DNA of 64,000 bases from Candidatus Pelearchaeum maunauluense (lineage in GTDB: Archaea > Thermoproteota > Nitrososphaeria_A > Caldarchaeales > Caldarchaeaceae). Under the pieces are notes generated by a model. The model ran no database searches. It saw only the letters and a list, made by a program, of their open reading frames with translations, and had not been told where the DNA came from. The stretch lies in contig JANVYQ010000005.1 in assembly GCA_030059675.1 (NCBI GenBank), forward strand, positions 1 to 64,000, written 5' to 3'. The position numbers were made by a program, and so were the translations under genes. Shown here one piece after another: positions 9,454 through 18,098 of this stretch. Each line of letters opens with the position of its first letter. Within the stretch, counting starts at the first letter, position 1.

Positions 9454-9616
9454 TGGTGCGGGGGGTGGGATTTGAACCCACGAACCCCTTCTGCCCAGGC
9501 ATACTCTTCGGGACAGGAGCTTACCGATGCCGGGCCTGCGCATTCTCAGTCCTGCGCCGATAGCCGTTGCCCAGCAATGCTTGCTGGGCGCATTGACCAG
9601 GCTTGGCGACCCCCGC
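9454..9616 (-). tRNA. tRNA-Leu(GAG), CCA encoded, with three BHB introns (9560-9592, 9521-9544, 9491-9508)
   Basis: Removing 33+24+18 nt gives an 88-nt class II tRNA: GCGGGGG TC GCC AAGCCTGGTCAAC GGC G CAGGA CT GAG GC TCCTG TCCCGAAGGGGTTC GTGGG TTCAAAT CCCAC CCCCCGC ACCA; each junction forms a bulge-helix-bulge. Confidence 0.88.
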
Positions 9617-9676
9617 GCCCTACAAGTGATTCTGGTGTCTGGGATATTTTATCTTTAGTCATCCCCTCATGATAAA

Positions 9677-9751
9677 AGCCCCGGGCGGGATTCGAACCCG
9701 CGCTCTCCAGCTTACCAAGCTGGCGCTTTAACCAGCCTAAGCTACCGGGGC
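9677..9751 (-). tRNA. tRNA-Thr(GGT), intronless, CCA not encoded
   Basis: GCCCCGG TA GCTT AGGCTGGTTA AAGC G CCAGC TT GGT AA GCTGG AGAGC GCGGG TTCGAAT CCCGC CCGGGGC T cloverleaf. Confidence 0.95.
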
Positions 9752-9880
9752 TGTGCTGTCGGTGGTTGTTGTAGCCTTCTTATATGGATTAGGCAGTTTG
9801 CATGCGGGTGTGCTGGACTTTGCTTAGGTTTTTAGTCAGCAATCAGCGGTGTGGTTAATTGTTTTTGTCGTATTTTCTTG

Positions 9881-9892
9881 AAGGTTTATATG
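9881..9892 (+). promoter_or_regulatory. BRE/TATA box of the liv-type operon (probably leaderless transcript)
   Basis: aaggTTTATAtg, 32 nt before the ATG at 9917; similar spacing at leuC, trpB2 and the thiolase-like gene. Confidence 0.55.
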
Positions 9893-9916
9893 TTTTAGAA
9901 CTTGTGCAACCGCTGG

Positions 9917-10639
9917 ATGCGCGCGGCTCCACTGCTTTCGGTAGAGAATGTGGTGAAGACATTCGGCGGCGTGAGAGCGCTGGATGGATGTAGCCTAACA
10001 ATCGAGAAGGGTGTATGTACTGGGATAATAGGGCCTAACGGCTCTGGGAAGACTACGCTGCTAAACGTTATAAATGGATTCCATAAGCCGGACAGCGGCA
10101 GGGTGTATCTCAACGGTAGGAGGATAGATAAGCTCCCACCAAGCACTATATGTAGGCTTGGGGTAGGCCGTGTCTTTCAGGTTACGAAGCTCTTTAACGG
10201 TATGACTGTTCTTGAGAATGTTATGGTGGAGGCTGTTTGGATGAAGAAGGATTTGGACGCGGTTAGGGAGAGGGCTCTGGAGTTGTTGAGGGATTTTGGG
10301 ATACCTCTTAGTCTGAAGGATGAGCTTGCTGGGAGGCTCTCTGGAGGCCAGCAGAAGTTGGTAGACCTAGCCCGCGCTCTCGTTGCTGACCCTGAGATAT
10401 TGTTGCTTGATGAGCCCCTGGCAGGTGTTCATGCGGCGATAAAGGAGAAGATTATGAAGATTGTTAATGAGCTGGTGCGCGGGGGGAAGACCTTGGTATT
10501 CGTTAGTCATGATATTCCCTCAATAATGAAGGTGGCTCAAGATGTTGTGTTTATGAGCGCGGGTAAAGTTCTCGTGAGGGGTAGGCCTGATGAGATTAGG
10601 TCGCATGAGGAGGTCATAACAGCTTATCTGGGTGTGTAG
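9917..10639 (+). CDS. livG: Branched-chain amino acid (HAAT) ABC importer ATPase, LivG-like
   Basis: FGGVRAL, GPNGSGKTT, LSGGQ, LLDEP. Confidence 0.88.
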   Translation: MRAAPLLSVENVVKTFGGVRALDGCSLTIEKGVCTGIIGPNGSGKTTLLNVINGFHKPDSGRVYLNGRRIDKLPPSTICRLGVGRVFQVTKLFNGMTVLENVMVEAVWMKKDLDAVRERALELLRDFGIPLSLKDELAGRLSGGQQKLVDLARALVADPEILLLDEPLAGVHAAIKEKIMKIVNELVRGGKTLVFVSHDIPSIMKVAQDVVFMSAGKVLVRGRPDEIRSHEEVITAYLGV

Positions 10640-10642
10640 CTC

Positions 10643-11395
10643 ATGTTGCTGGATGTTCGGGACATCTATGTGGAGTATCAGCGGGATATTGAGATTTTGA
10701 GGGGAGTGAGCATATCAGTCAGAGAGGGCTATGTATCCTCGGTAATAGGGCCTAACGGTGCTGGTAAATCAACTCTGCTGAAAACCGTAATGGGCATACT
10801 CAAGCCGAAACGTGGTTCTATAATCTTTGAGGGTAAGAAGATAGAGGGAAAGCAGCCGAATGAGCTCGTCAAGATGGGTCTAACATATGTTCCTCAAAGA
10901 CGAAGTATATTCCCCCAGCTTACGGTTAAGGAGAATCTTGAGATGGGTGCATGGACTCTGCGTAAGAATGAGGGTGAGGTCAGGAGGAGAATGCGTGAGG
11001 TCTTGGAGCTCTTTCCGTCTCTTTCCGAGAAGATAAACGAGAAGGCGGGGCTGCTCAGCGGCGGCCAGGCAAGGATGCTGGAAATAGCCCGCGCCCTAAT
11101 GACAAGCCCCAAGCTACTACTCCTAGACGAGCCTAGCTTCGGACTCTCGCCACTAATGACAAACAAGGTATACGAAACCATAACAGACCTCAAGAAGACT
11201 GGAATAACTATACTGCTTGTTGACCAGAACCTTGGTAAGTGTATGGCGTTGTCTGACTATGTGTATGTCATAGAGCTTGGCAGTGTTCGTGGGGGTGGTA
11301 AGCGTGATGAGATGCCTGCGGATGTTAAGGAGATTATACGCCGCTGGCTGGAGGCTGAAGAAGGCAGGGAAGTTGAGAGTTTAAGCGCTGACTAA
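10643..11395 (+). CDS. livF: HAAT ABC importer ATPase, LivF-like
   Basis: GPNGAGKST, LTVKENLEMGA, LSGGQ, LLDEPSFGLSP. Confidence 0.9.
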   Translation: MLLDVRDIYVEYQRDIEILRGVSISVREGYVSSVIGPNGAGKSTLLKTVMGILKPKRGSIIFEGKKIEGKQPNELVKMGLTYVPQRRSIFPQLTVKENLEMGAWTLRKNEGEVRRRMREVLELFPSLSEKINEKAGLLSGGQARMLEIARALMTSPKLLLLDEPSFGLSPLMTNKVYETITDLKKTGITILLVDQNLGKCMALSDYVYVIELGSVRGGGKRDEMPADVKEIIRRWLEAEEGREVESLSAD

Positions 11396-11418
11396 CATCT
11401 TGAGAGGTGCTGGGTTGA

Positions 11419-12327
11419 ATGGTATTAGAACAGTTCTCCCTCCTTGCTAAAAACTGGCTCTTCATACAAGTCCTGGTCGGCGGTCTACTGCTCGGCGGCG
11501 TATACGCGCTGGTCGCGGCAGGGTTTACCATGATATTCGGCGTGCTCAAGATACTGAACATAGCGCATGGAGAATTCGTGGTTCTCGGCTCATATGTGGC
11601 GTATTGGGTCTTCATACTCCTCGGCATAGACCCTATTTTGGCAATAGCCGTAACACTGCCAGCAGCCGCTCTCTATGGCTTCGCAACCTACTTCCTAGCA
11701 ATTGAGAGCGTATCAAGGAAGGGGATAGAACCAACGATAGTGGCGAGCTTCGGCGTCTTACTAATCCTACAATCCTCGATGCTGGCAGCATTCACAGGAG
11801 ACCCCCGAAGCATAGTAACAGAATTCACTGGCGAGAGCTTGGTTTTCGGGCCAGTTATAATGCCCTTAACCAAGGTGTTGGCATTTACGCTGGCTGTGGC
11901 AGCATTACTTGTTTTGAGTCTCTTTCTTAATAAGACGCAGATAGGAAAGGCGCTCAGGGCGGTCTCTCAAGATGCTGAAGCCAGTATGCTTATGGGGATA
12001 CCAGCGCGGGCTCTTCAGCGGCTGGGGTTTGTGATAGGCGCCATGCTTGCTGGGCTTACTGGGAACGTGATAGCCATGGTATCTAGCTTCACCCCCACAC
12101 TTGGGCCAGAGTTTCTCCTAAAGTCATTCGTCATACTAGCCATAGTCGGCATAGGAAATGTACGGGAGGTCGTTATAGGCGGGCTCTTACTCGGAACGGT
12201 GGAGGCCTTCGGCTCCTTCTTCCTAGGCGCGGGGATGAGGAACGTGGTAGCATACGGCCTGCTCATAATACTGCTACTAATCAAGCCCAGCGGGCTTTTC
12301 AGCAAGGCTGAACAGAGGGAGGTTTGA
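11419..12327 (+). CDS. livH: HAAT ABC importer permease, LivH-like
   Basis: G.YALVAAGFTMIFGV..ILNIAHGEF, GKALRAVSQD. Confidence 0.9.
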   Translation: MVLEQFSLLAKNWLFIQVLVGGLLLGGVYALVAAGFTMIFGVLKILNIAHGEFVVLGSYVAYWVFILLGIDPILAIAVTLPAAALYGFATYFLAIESVSRKGIEPTIVASFGVLLILQSSMLAAFTGDPRSIVTEFTGESLVFGPVIMPLTKVLAFTLAVAALLVLSLFLNKTQIGKALRAVSQDAEASMLMGIPARALQRLGFVIGAMLAGLTGNVIAMVSSFTPTLGPEFLLKSFVILAIVGIGNVREVVIGGLLLGTVEAFGSFFLGAGMRNVVAYGLLIILLLIKPSGLFSKAEQREV

Positions 12328-13241
12328 TGGCCAGCCTAAAGCCACTACCGATAATAGCTATAGCTATTCTAGCTCTAGTACCCCTAGCCCCTGTTGACGA
12401 CTTCCTAAAGAGCATGGTCTTTCTCTTCATGATTTACCTAGCATCCGCCTATGGGTGGAATATTATCGGTGGTTTTGCTGGCCAGATAAACCTGGGCCAT
12501 GCAGCGTTCTTCGGGATGGGAGCATACGTTATGGGCCAGTCTCTACTAGCTGGTCTTCATCCCTATGTTGCGGTGGCTGTAGGCGGCCTCGCCGGGCTGG
12601 GAACGGCGCTTATCATGAGCCCCCTCCTAAGACTACGCGGGGACTACTTCGCCATAGGCACGCTAGGCTTCACCGAAGCCCTCAAGATAGCACTAGTCAA
12701 CATACATGCATACGGCTACTCCTTCCCACCAGACCCAACCCTAACATTCACCGCAAACTACTACTATGCATTAGCAATATTCGTGGCAGTAGCTTTTCTA
12801 AACTACCTTATACTCACGTCCAAGCTTAGATTCGCATTCATATCTATACGCGAGAATGAGACCTTAGCTTCAGCCAGCGGAATTGGAATCTTCAAGTATA
12901 AGGTTCTGGCTCTCTGCTTAAGCGGTGTGATGGTTGGATTAATAGGCGGGATATACAGCTACAACCTACTATACGTACAGCCTGAGCATGTCTTCGGGAT
13001 GGAATGGACACTAATCCCACTCTTCATCGTACTAATAGGCGGACGCGGCACTATAATAGGCCCGATATTCGGGCTGATGATCTATCTAGGAACATACTAT
13101 GCGCTGGGATTCTTACTTCCTGAGATAAGCCTTCTACTATTCGGATTGATGGTGGTGCTGGTGATGAAATTTATGCCACAAGGACTGATTGAGCAGGTCT
13201 TCTATGGGAGGCTTAACATGAGACGCAGGCTAATAATCTAA
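12327..13241 (+). CDS. livM: HAAT ABC importer permease, LivM-like
   Basis: WNIIGGFAGQINLGHAAFFG, RLRGDYFAIGTL, IGGRGT..GP; TGATG overlap with livH. Confidence 0.9.
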   Translation: MASLKPLPIIAIAILALVPLAPVDDFLKSMVFLFMIYLASAYGWNIIGGFAGQINLGHAAFFGMGAYVMGQSLLAGLHPYVAVAVGGLAGLGTALIMSPLLRLRGDYFAIGTLGFTEALKIALVNIHAYGYSFPPDPTLTFTANYYYALAIFVAVAFLNYLILTSKLRFAFISIRENETLASASGIGIFKYKVLALCLSGVMVGLIGGIYSYNLLYVQPEHVFGMEWTLIPLFIVLIGGRGTIIGPIFGLMIYLGTYYALGFLLPEISLLLFGLMVVLVMKFMPQGLIEQVFYGRLNMRRRLII

Positions 13242-13283
13242 AAAATAAAATAGATTAGTTTTTAGTTTGAGAAAGCTGGTTGT
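13241..13283. terminator. A/T-tract intergenic region between convergent genes, probable bidirectional oligo-T terminator
   Basis: aaaaataaaa...gtttttagttt between the livM and SBP stop codons. Confidence 0.4.
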
Positions 13284-14726
13284 TTATCGCTCTTCCCAGG
13301 ATGGGAATGGATATACGAAGTCTGTTGTAGCCAGCTCGCGTGGCCAGACAATCTCCAACCTACCGTTCCGCCACTGCTGTATTAGCATGAGCTTAGCGCT
13401 ATCTTTCATCTTACCGCCCTTCTCAAAGGCTATACGGCCCATAACAGTCTCAAACTCACCGTTCTGTATGGCGTCTCTTATCTTCTCCTTGTCCAGCTCG
13501 CCAGCCATCTCAATAGCCTTAAAGAGTATTTGCGCAGAGGCGTAGTGGATACCGAGCAGAGTGGGCTCTCTACCTGTTTCAGTCTTATACTTGTCCACTA
13601 CATCCTTGCCCCGTGTGTATGGGAGGCCACCTTCATACGGTAGGTCTTTGTTCCAGATGAAGCTCGCCGTAACGTATTCTGCGTCTTCCTTAAGGTTGGC
13701 GCCAAACGGGCCTGTGGCTGTCCCTCTCGTGAATGCCCAGAGCTTGGGTGAGAACTTAAGCTCCTTGCTCACCTTAATCATGTTGATGGCATCTGGAGGC
13801 GATGGTATAGAGCCCACCACATCAGGGTTAAGCGCCTTAGTCTTGCTCACCAACGTGGTAAAGTCGGCCCCTGGCGTGTACTTCTCGCGGAGAACAACCT
13901 CATAACCAAACTGCTTCGCGTATGCCTCAAACCAGTTAGCGTTGTCAGCTCCCAAGTCTGAGGCCTCTTCCCATATCGCTATAGTCTTAGGCCTCTGGTC
14001 AGCGGGCAGGCTGTTCATGAACTCGAAGTATATCAGAACCTCGTCGCGCGCTAGGTGGAAGTTTGAGAACGCGTAGTTATATTTTGGTGGAATCCAAATC
14101 TTCTCTGTAGTCCCTAGGATGCCGACCATCGGCACTTTATACTTCTCCAACACAGGAGCTATTGCTAGGGCGAAGTGGCTTCCAGTCTGGCCGAGGAGTG
14201 CATCAACCTTATCACCAGTAATGAGCTTCTCAATATTGGTAACGTATGTTGTCACGTCGCTATTGTCGTTGTATATTACCAGCTTTACGGGTAGCTTGGT
14301 GTTGTATTTCTTGAGGAAGATTCCTCCCTCGCCGTTTATCCTCTTAACAGCCTCCTCCACCGCCCACTTCTGCTCTGACGCAAACCCGCTATATCCGCCA
14401 GCCAAGGCCAGGGATATTCCTATGAGTATCTCAGGCCGAGGCGGTGACTCGGCTACACCACCAACCGTAACAGTCTTCTCAACGGTCTCCGTAGCTGTTA
14501 CCGTAGTGGCTCCCCCAACAGTTACGGTTCTCTCTAGCGTCTTCTCTTGGGTTACCGTGGTTATCCCGCCTGGCGCTGCCTGTGTCCCTGCCAGATACCC
14601 GCCAGCCGCGCCCACCGCTATCCCAACAACACCCACAGCTATTGTTCCAATCCTACTTACGGCCGCGCGTCTAGATATCGTGTTGTCTTTCTGCTCTCTA
14701 TCCTTATGATATTCTTCTTCGTTCAT
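13284..14726 (-). CDS. HAAT substrate-binding protein (LivK-like) with Tat-like signal/anchor and Thr/Val-rich linker
   Basis: ISRRAAV plus hydrophobic helix, TVTVGG repeats, IGISLALAGG..., INGEGG; start chosen at MNEEE (ORF track starts at 14798). Confidence 0.88.
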   Translation of the reverse strand: MNEEEYHKDREQKDNTISRRAAVSRIGTIAVGVVGIAVGAAGGYLAGTQAAPGGITTVTQEKTLERTVTVGGATTVTATETVEKTVTVGGVAESPPRPEILIGISLALAGGYSGFASEQKWAVEEAVKRINGEGGIFLKKYNTKLPVKLVIYNDNSDVTTYVTNIEKLITGDKVDALLGQTGSHFALAIAPVLEKYKVPMVGILGTTEKIWIPPKYNYAFSNFHLARDEVLIYFEFMNSLPADQRPKTIAIWEEASDLGADNANWFEAYAKQFGYEVVLREKYTPGADFTTLVSKTKALNPDVVGSIPSPPDAINMIKVSKELKFSPKLWAFTRGTATGPFGANLKEDAEYVTASFIWNKDLPYEGGLPYTRGKDVVDKYKTETGREPTLLGIHYASAQILFKAIEMAGELDKEKIRDAIQNGEFETVMGRIAFEKGGKMKDSAKLMLIQQWRNGRLEIVWPRELATTDFVYPFPSWEER

Positions 14727-14798
14727 AAGGCGTCGTAGCCTGACCTTCACTCGCTTATATCTTTTACCAAGTTTAAGATGCTTAACCACGCATGTCAA

Positions 14799-15875
14799 TT
14801 ACTTCTTCCTTTTCCTTTCGGGTCTTGTCCATACACCCATCTCAAACATCTTCTCAATCTGCTTCTCGATGACCTTCTCGCGATACTCTGCGTGTTTATA
14901 CGGCTTCTGCTCCAGCCAGAGATTCTTCGGGTATATGGGCCGTTCATAGATTAGCTGGATGATCTCGGTTCTAAGGTCTTTCATCCAGTTGGCCCAGGGA
15001 GACCTTGACCTAAAGTCCCTAAGGGCGTCTATGTCTATTACTGCGGCGCAGTATGATGAGCCAGCGCCGTACTCGTGTTTTCCTATAACCCTTCCCTTGT
15101 AATCAACTATCATGGACTTCCCGCCAAAGGTGTCTACTGGGACTGGTGAGTCTACTGTTAGGTAGTATGTTCCCGTGTTGGGTGCGATGATGTAGATGTT
15201 GTTGTCTAGGGCGCGTGCTCTGTTCTGCACCTCCCAGAACTCGTTCTGCGTGTGTGGATGGGGGTAGCTGGGCCTATACACGACCTCTGCGCCATTCATG
15301 GCTAGGCCCCGTATGTATTCTGGGTAGGAGCCCTCGTTAGCCAGCGCGCATCCAAGCTTGCCTATCTCGGTATCAACAACTGGGAAGAAAGCTTGCAGGT
15401 TCCTTCCATGAATCTTAACCCACTCATCAAAGATGTCGTGTGGGCATACCGAGTGCTCAACAGGGAAGAGGGGGGAGTTCTTGTAATGACGTAGGATTAT
15501 CTTGCCGCGCGGGTCTATTATGAAAGCGTTGTTGAAGAACCTGTTGGGGAATCTCTCGTCTCGCGCCTTCGCCTGGGCTATGACATAACAGCCGTACTGC
15601 TTGGCTATCTCTCCCAGCAGGTCTGTCTCTTCACCAGGTATGTCTATGGCGATTGTGTTAGCATACTCCTCGTGGTCCATATCAAATACTTCGTCTGTGA
15701 AGCCTTGGAGAGAGCCTTCGGGTATTGCTATTAGCTTCACGGGTAGGTCTAGGCTGCTGAGCCATGTGGCGGCTGCTACGAGCTCCCTAATGTGCTCTAT
15801 GTTCTTCTTAATCTCCTCGCGTTTCCTAACACCCCACACTGTTGGAGAGAGACCAACAGCCATGTAAGGCTCCAT
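14799..15875 (-). CDS. Carbon-nitrogen hydrolase (nitrilase superfamily) with Ala at the nucleophile position
   Basis: IPEG (Glu), HYK (Lys), GKLGCALANEGSYPE where ICYD..FPE is expected; RARALDN. Confidence 0.85.
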   Translation of the reverse strand: MEPYMAVGLSPTVWGVRKREEIKKNIEHIRELVAAATWLSSLDLPVKLIAIPEGSLQGFTDEVFDMDHEEYANTIAIDIPGEETDLLGEIAKQYGCYVIAQAKARDERFPNRFFNNAFIIDPRGKIILRHYKNSPLFPVEHSVCPHDIFDEWVKIHGRNLQAFFPVVDTEIGKLGCALANEGSYPEYIRGLAMNGAEVVYRPSYPHPHTQNEFWEVQNRARALDNNIYIIAPNTGTYYLTVDSPVPVDTFGGKSMIVDYKGRVIGKHEYGAGSSYCAAVIDIDALRDFRSRSPWANWMKDLRTEIIQLIYERPIYPKNLWLEQKPYKHAEYREKVIEKQIEKMFEMGVWTRPERKRKK

Positions 15876-15962
15876 ATCAGCTCAGCACACATCGCTAGAG
15901 AAGTGATATAAGCTTTCGGCAAAGACGTTTAGATTAATCTGATAGCTATTAGGGGTTGTTAT

Positions 15963-17120
15963 ATGCACCTCACGTTAGGTGAGCATCATAAGAAGCTTCT
16001 TGAAGATGCTTCTAGACTGTCTGAGAGCTTCGGCTTGGACTATTGGCGTGAAGTATATGATGCGCATCGTTTTCCTGAGGAATATTGGTCTAGACTCTCT
16101 GCTTTGCGTTTTCCTGGAGTTATTCTAGACCATGGTTATGATGGGCTTGGGCTTGGTCTGGTGGAGCTTGTGCTGATAACTGAGAGGCTTGCCGCTGGAG
16201 GCGCTGGCCTAGGCTTATACGCCATGTTAAGCAACAACCTAGCAGGGCTTGTTATACAGCAGCATGGCAGCAATAGCGCGAAGGCTCTATTACCCCGCGT
16301 GGTTCGTGGTGAGCTACTGATAGGCTTGGCATTTACCGAAGAGGAGGCAGGCTCTGACGCGTTTGCGATAAAGACTACGGCAATAGAGAGGGGTGGGGGA
16401 TATGTTTTGCAAGGTGAGAAGATGTTTGTCAATAATGTGGGGAGGGCGACCCACTACTTGGTTATGGCTAGGACATCCCAGCCCGCTGGAGGAAGGCGGA
16501 GTCATGGTTTAACGCTCTTCCTAGTTGATTCAAATTCCAGCGGCATAAGCTACGCGCATCTAGGCAAGATGGGGCTAGACTATCTCAACACTGGAAGAAT
16601 GACCTTGGACAACGTCTATGTCGGTAGAGAGAGGGTTGTGGGTAATGTTGATGAGGGTTGGAAGGCTATAGTGAATGCTCTTAACGCTGACCGTATTGCT
16701 TACGCGGCGCTCGCGATAGGCGCTGGTAGACTAGCGCTCAATATTGCTGTGGATTATGCTAAGCGGCGTAGGGTCTTCGGCCGCGAGATAGGCGGCTACC
16801 AGGCCATACAATTCCCCCTAGCAGCATCCTACGCCGAGCTAGAAGCTGCATGGCTTCTTACGCTTAATGCTGCTATCAAATTTGATAGGGGAGAGAGCTG
16901 TGATGTTGATGCCTGCTTATGCAAATACCTGGCAACCGAGGCGGCGTTTAGGGCTGTGGAGCGCTCTATGCAGACCCTCGGCGGCCATGGATACCTAAAA
17001 GACTATCACGTGGAGCGGCTCTTTAGAGATGTGCTTCTCCTGAAGTCTAGCCCAATTACCCAAGAGCTGGCTTTGGCGTATGTGGCTCAGCGAGGCCTAG
17101 GCCTACCCCGTTCTTTCTAA
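15963..17120 (+). CDS. Acyl-CoA dehydrogenase family protein
   Basis: [42 protein letters not shown]. Confidence 0.92.
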   Translation: MHLTLGEHHKKLLEDASRLSESFGLDYWREVYDAHRFPEEYWSRLSALRFPGVILDHGYDGLGLGLVELVLITERLAAGGAGLGLYAMLSNNLAGLVIQQHGSNSAKALLPRVVRGELLIGLAFTEEEAGSDAFAIKTTAIERGGGYVLQGEKMFVNNVGRATHYLVMARTSQPAGGRRSHGLTLFLVDSNSSGISYAHLGKMGLDYLNTGRMTLDNVYVGRERVVGNVDEGWKAIVNALNADRIAYAALAIGAGRLALNIAVDYAKRRRVFGREIGGYQAIQFPLAASYAELEAAWLLTLNAAIKFDRGESCDVDACLCKYLATEAAFRAVERSMQTLGGHGYLKDYHVERLFRDVLLLKSSPITQELALAYVAQRGLGLPRSF

Positions 17121-18091
17121 AACTCAACCTCAACACCCACCCCACGCTCGCGAGCAATCCTATAAGCTTCCGAAGCTGTAAAAAGGTCTATGGCGGCAAA
17201 TCCAACAGATTTGAAGAGGGTAATCTCATCTCCGCTCTCTCTTATGCTCTTACCTCCCCTAACAACGGCGCTCAGCTCCATTATGTCTGATGTGCTTATT
17301 ATACCGTTGTTTATCGCATGTATTATGTCGCCAGCCTCTCTTATGACAAACTCCCTTAAGTCTGCCACAATTTTTGAGGCTCTCTTTATCGTCTCCTCAT
17401 CAAGCTCCCGCCTATTGGGCAAGACGCCTATGCTATTCACATGAGCTCCCCTGGAAATCCACTCTCCTGAGAGTACGGGCTTCTCAGAGTTCGTGGCTGT
17501 GATAACTATATCGCGCCCTTCAACAGCCTCCCTAGGCGAGTCGTGTGGCGTTGCCCTGATTCCCAGCTCACGCGAAGCACGCTCACAAAAGCGTTCGCGG
17601 TTAGCCTTGGTCGGGCTGAATACATGTACCTCCTCAATACCGCGCACAGCAAGCATGGCTTCTAGCTGGGCCCATGCTTGTATACCGCTCCCAATCAACC
17701 CCACGCTTGTGCTGTCTTCGCGCGCCATGTAGCGGGTTGCTACGCCGCTCATAGCGCCTGTTCTGGCTTCGGTTATATACACGGAGTCCATCAGAGCCAG
17801 CGGCAAGCCCCGCTCCAAGTCAAACAAAACAAGCATTCCGAAAGCCTTGGGGAGATTATACTTGGGATTGGCTAGATACTCGTTAATTATCTTAACAGTA
17901 ACTTTTGATTGCGCTGTTGAGTATGCTGGCATGAATAGCCATACAGCGCGTCTATCAGGCATTTGGACTACAACACGCTGGGGGGTTGTGTATTCGCTGG
18001 GGCTGAATGAGCGGAAGAAAGCCTCGGTAATCTCCACTACATTCTTCATGGGTAGGAGCTGTGCTAACGTTGTGCGGGAGAGAAGGAGCAT
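17117..18091 (-). CDS. Ornithine cyclodeaminase / mu-crystallin / archaeal alanine dehydrogenase family
   Basis: FMPAY, ITEARTGA, IGSGIQA, TLFKSVG. Confidence 0.9.
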   Translation of the reverse strand: MLLLSRTTLAQLLPMKNVVEITEAFFRSFSPSEYTTPQRVVVQMPDRRAVWLFMPAYSTAQSKVTVKIINEYLANPKYNLPKAFGMLVLFDLERGLPLALMDSVYITEARTGAMSGVATRYMAREDSTSVGLIGSGIQAWAQLEAMLAVRGIEEVHVFSPTKANRERFCERASRELGIRATPHDSPREAVEGRDIVITATNSEKPVLSGEWISRGAHVNSIGVLPNRRELDEETIKRASKIVADLREFVIREAGDIIHAINNGIISTSDIMELSAVVRGGKSIRESGDEITLFKSVGFAAIDLFTASEAYRIARERGVGVEVEF

Positions 18092-18098
18092 GGGCTAA

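Noticed and set aside
9519-9550. Alternative reading as tRNA-Leu(TAA) (intron at 33/34) or a canonical 37/38 intron
   Set aside because: Only the 36/37 junctions give two 3-nt bulges around a 4-bp helix and a 7-nt loop with G37.
9472-9672. 66-aa plus-strand ORF
   Set aside because: It is antisense to the intron-containing tRNA-Leu and has no protein features.
14440-14570. TVTVGG-type repeats in the substrate-binding protein
   Set aside because: An ordinary Thr-rich linker of archaeal membrane-anchored binding proteins, not a separate element.
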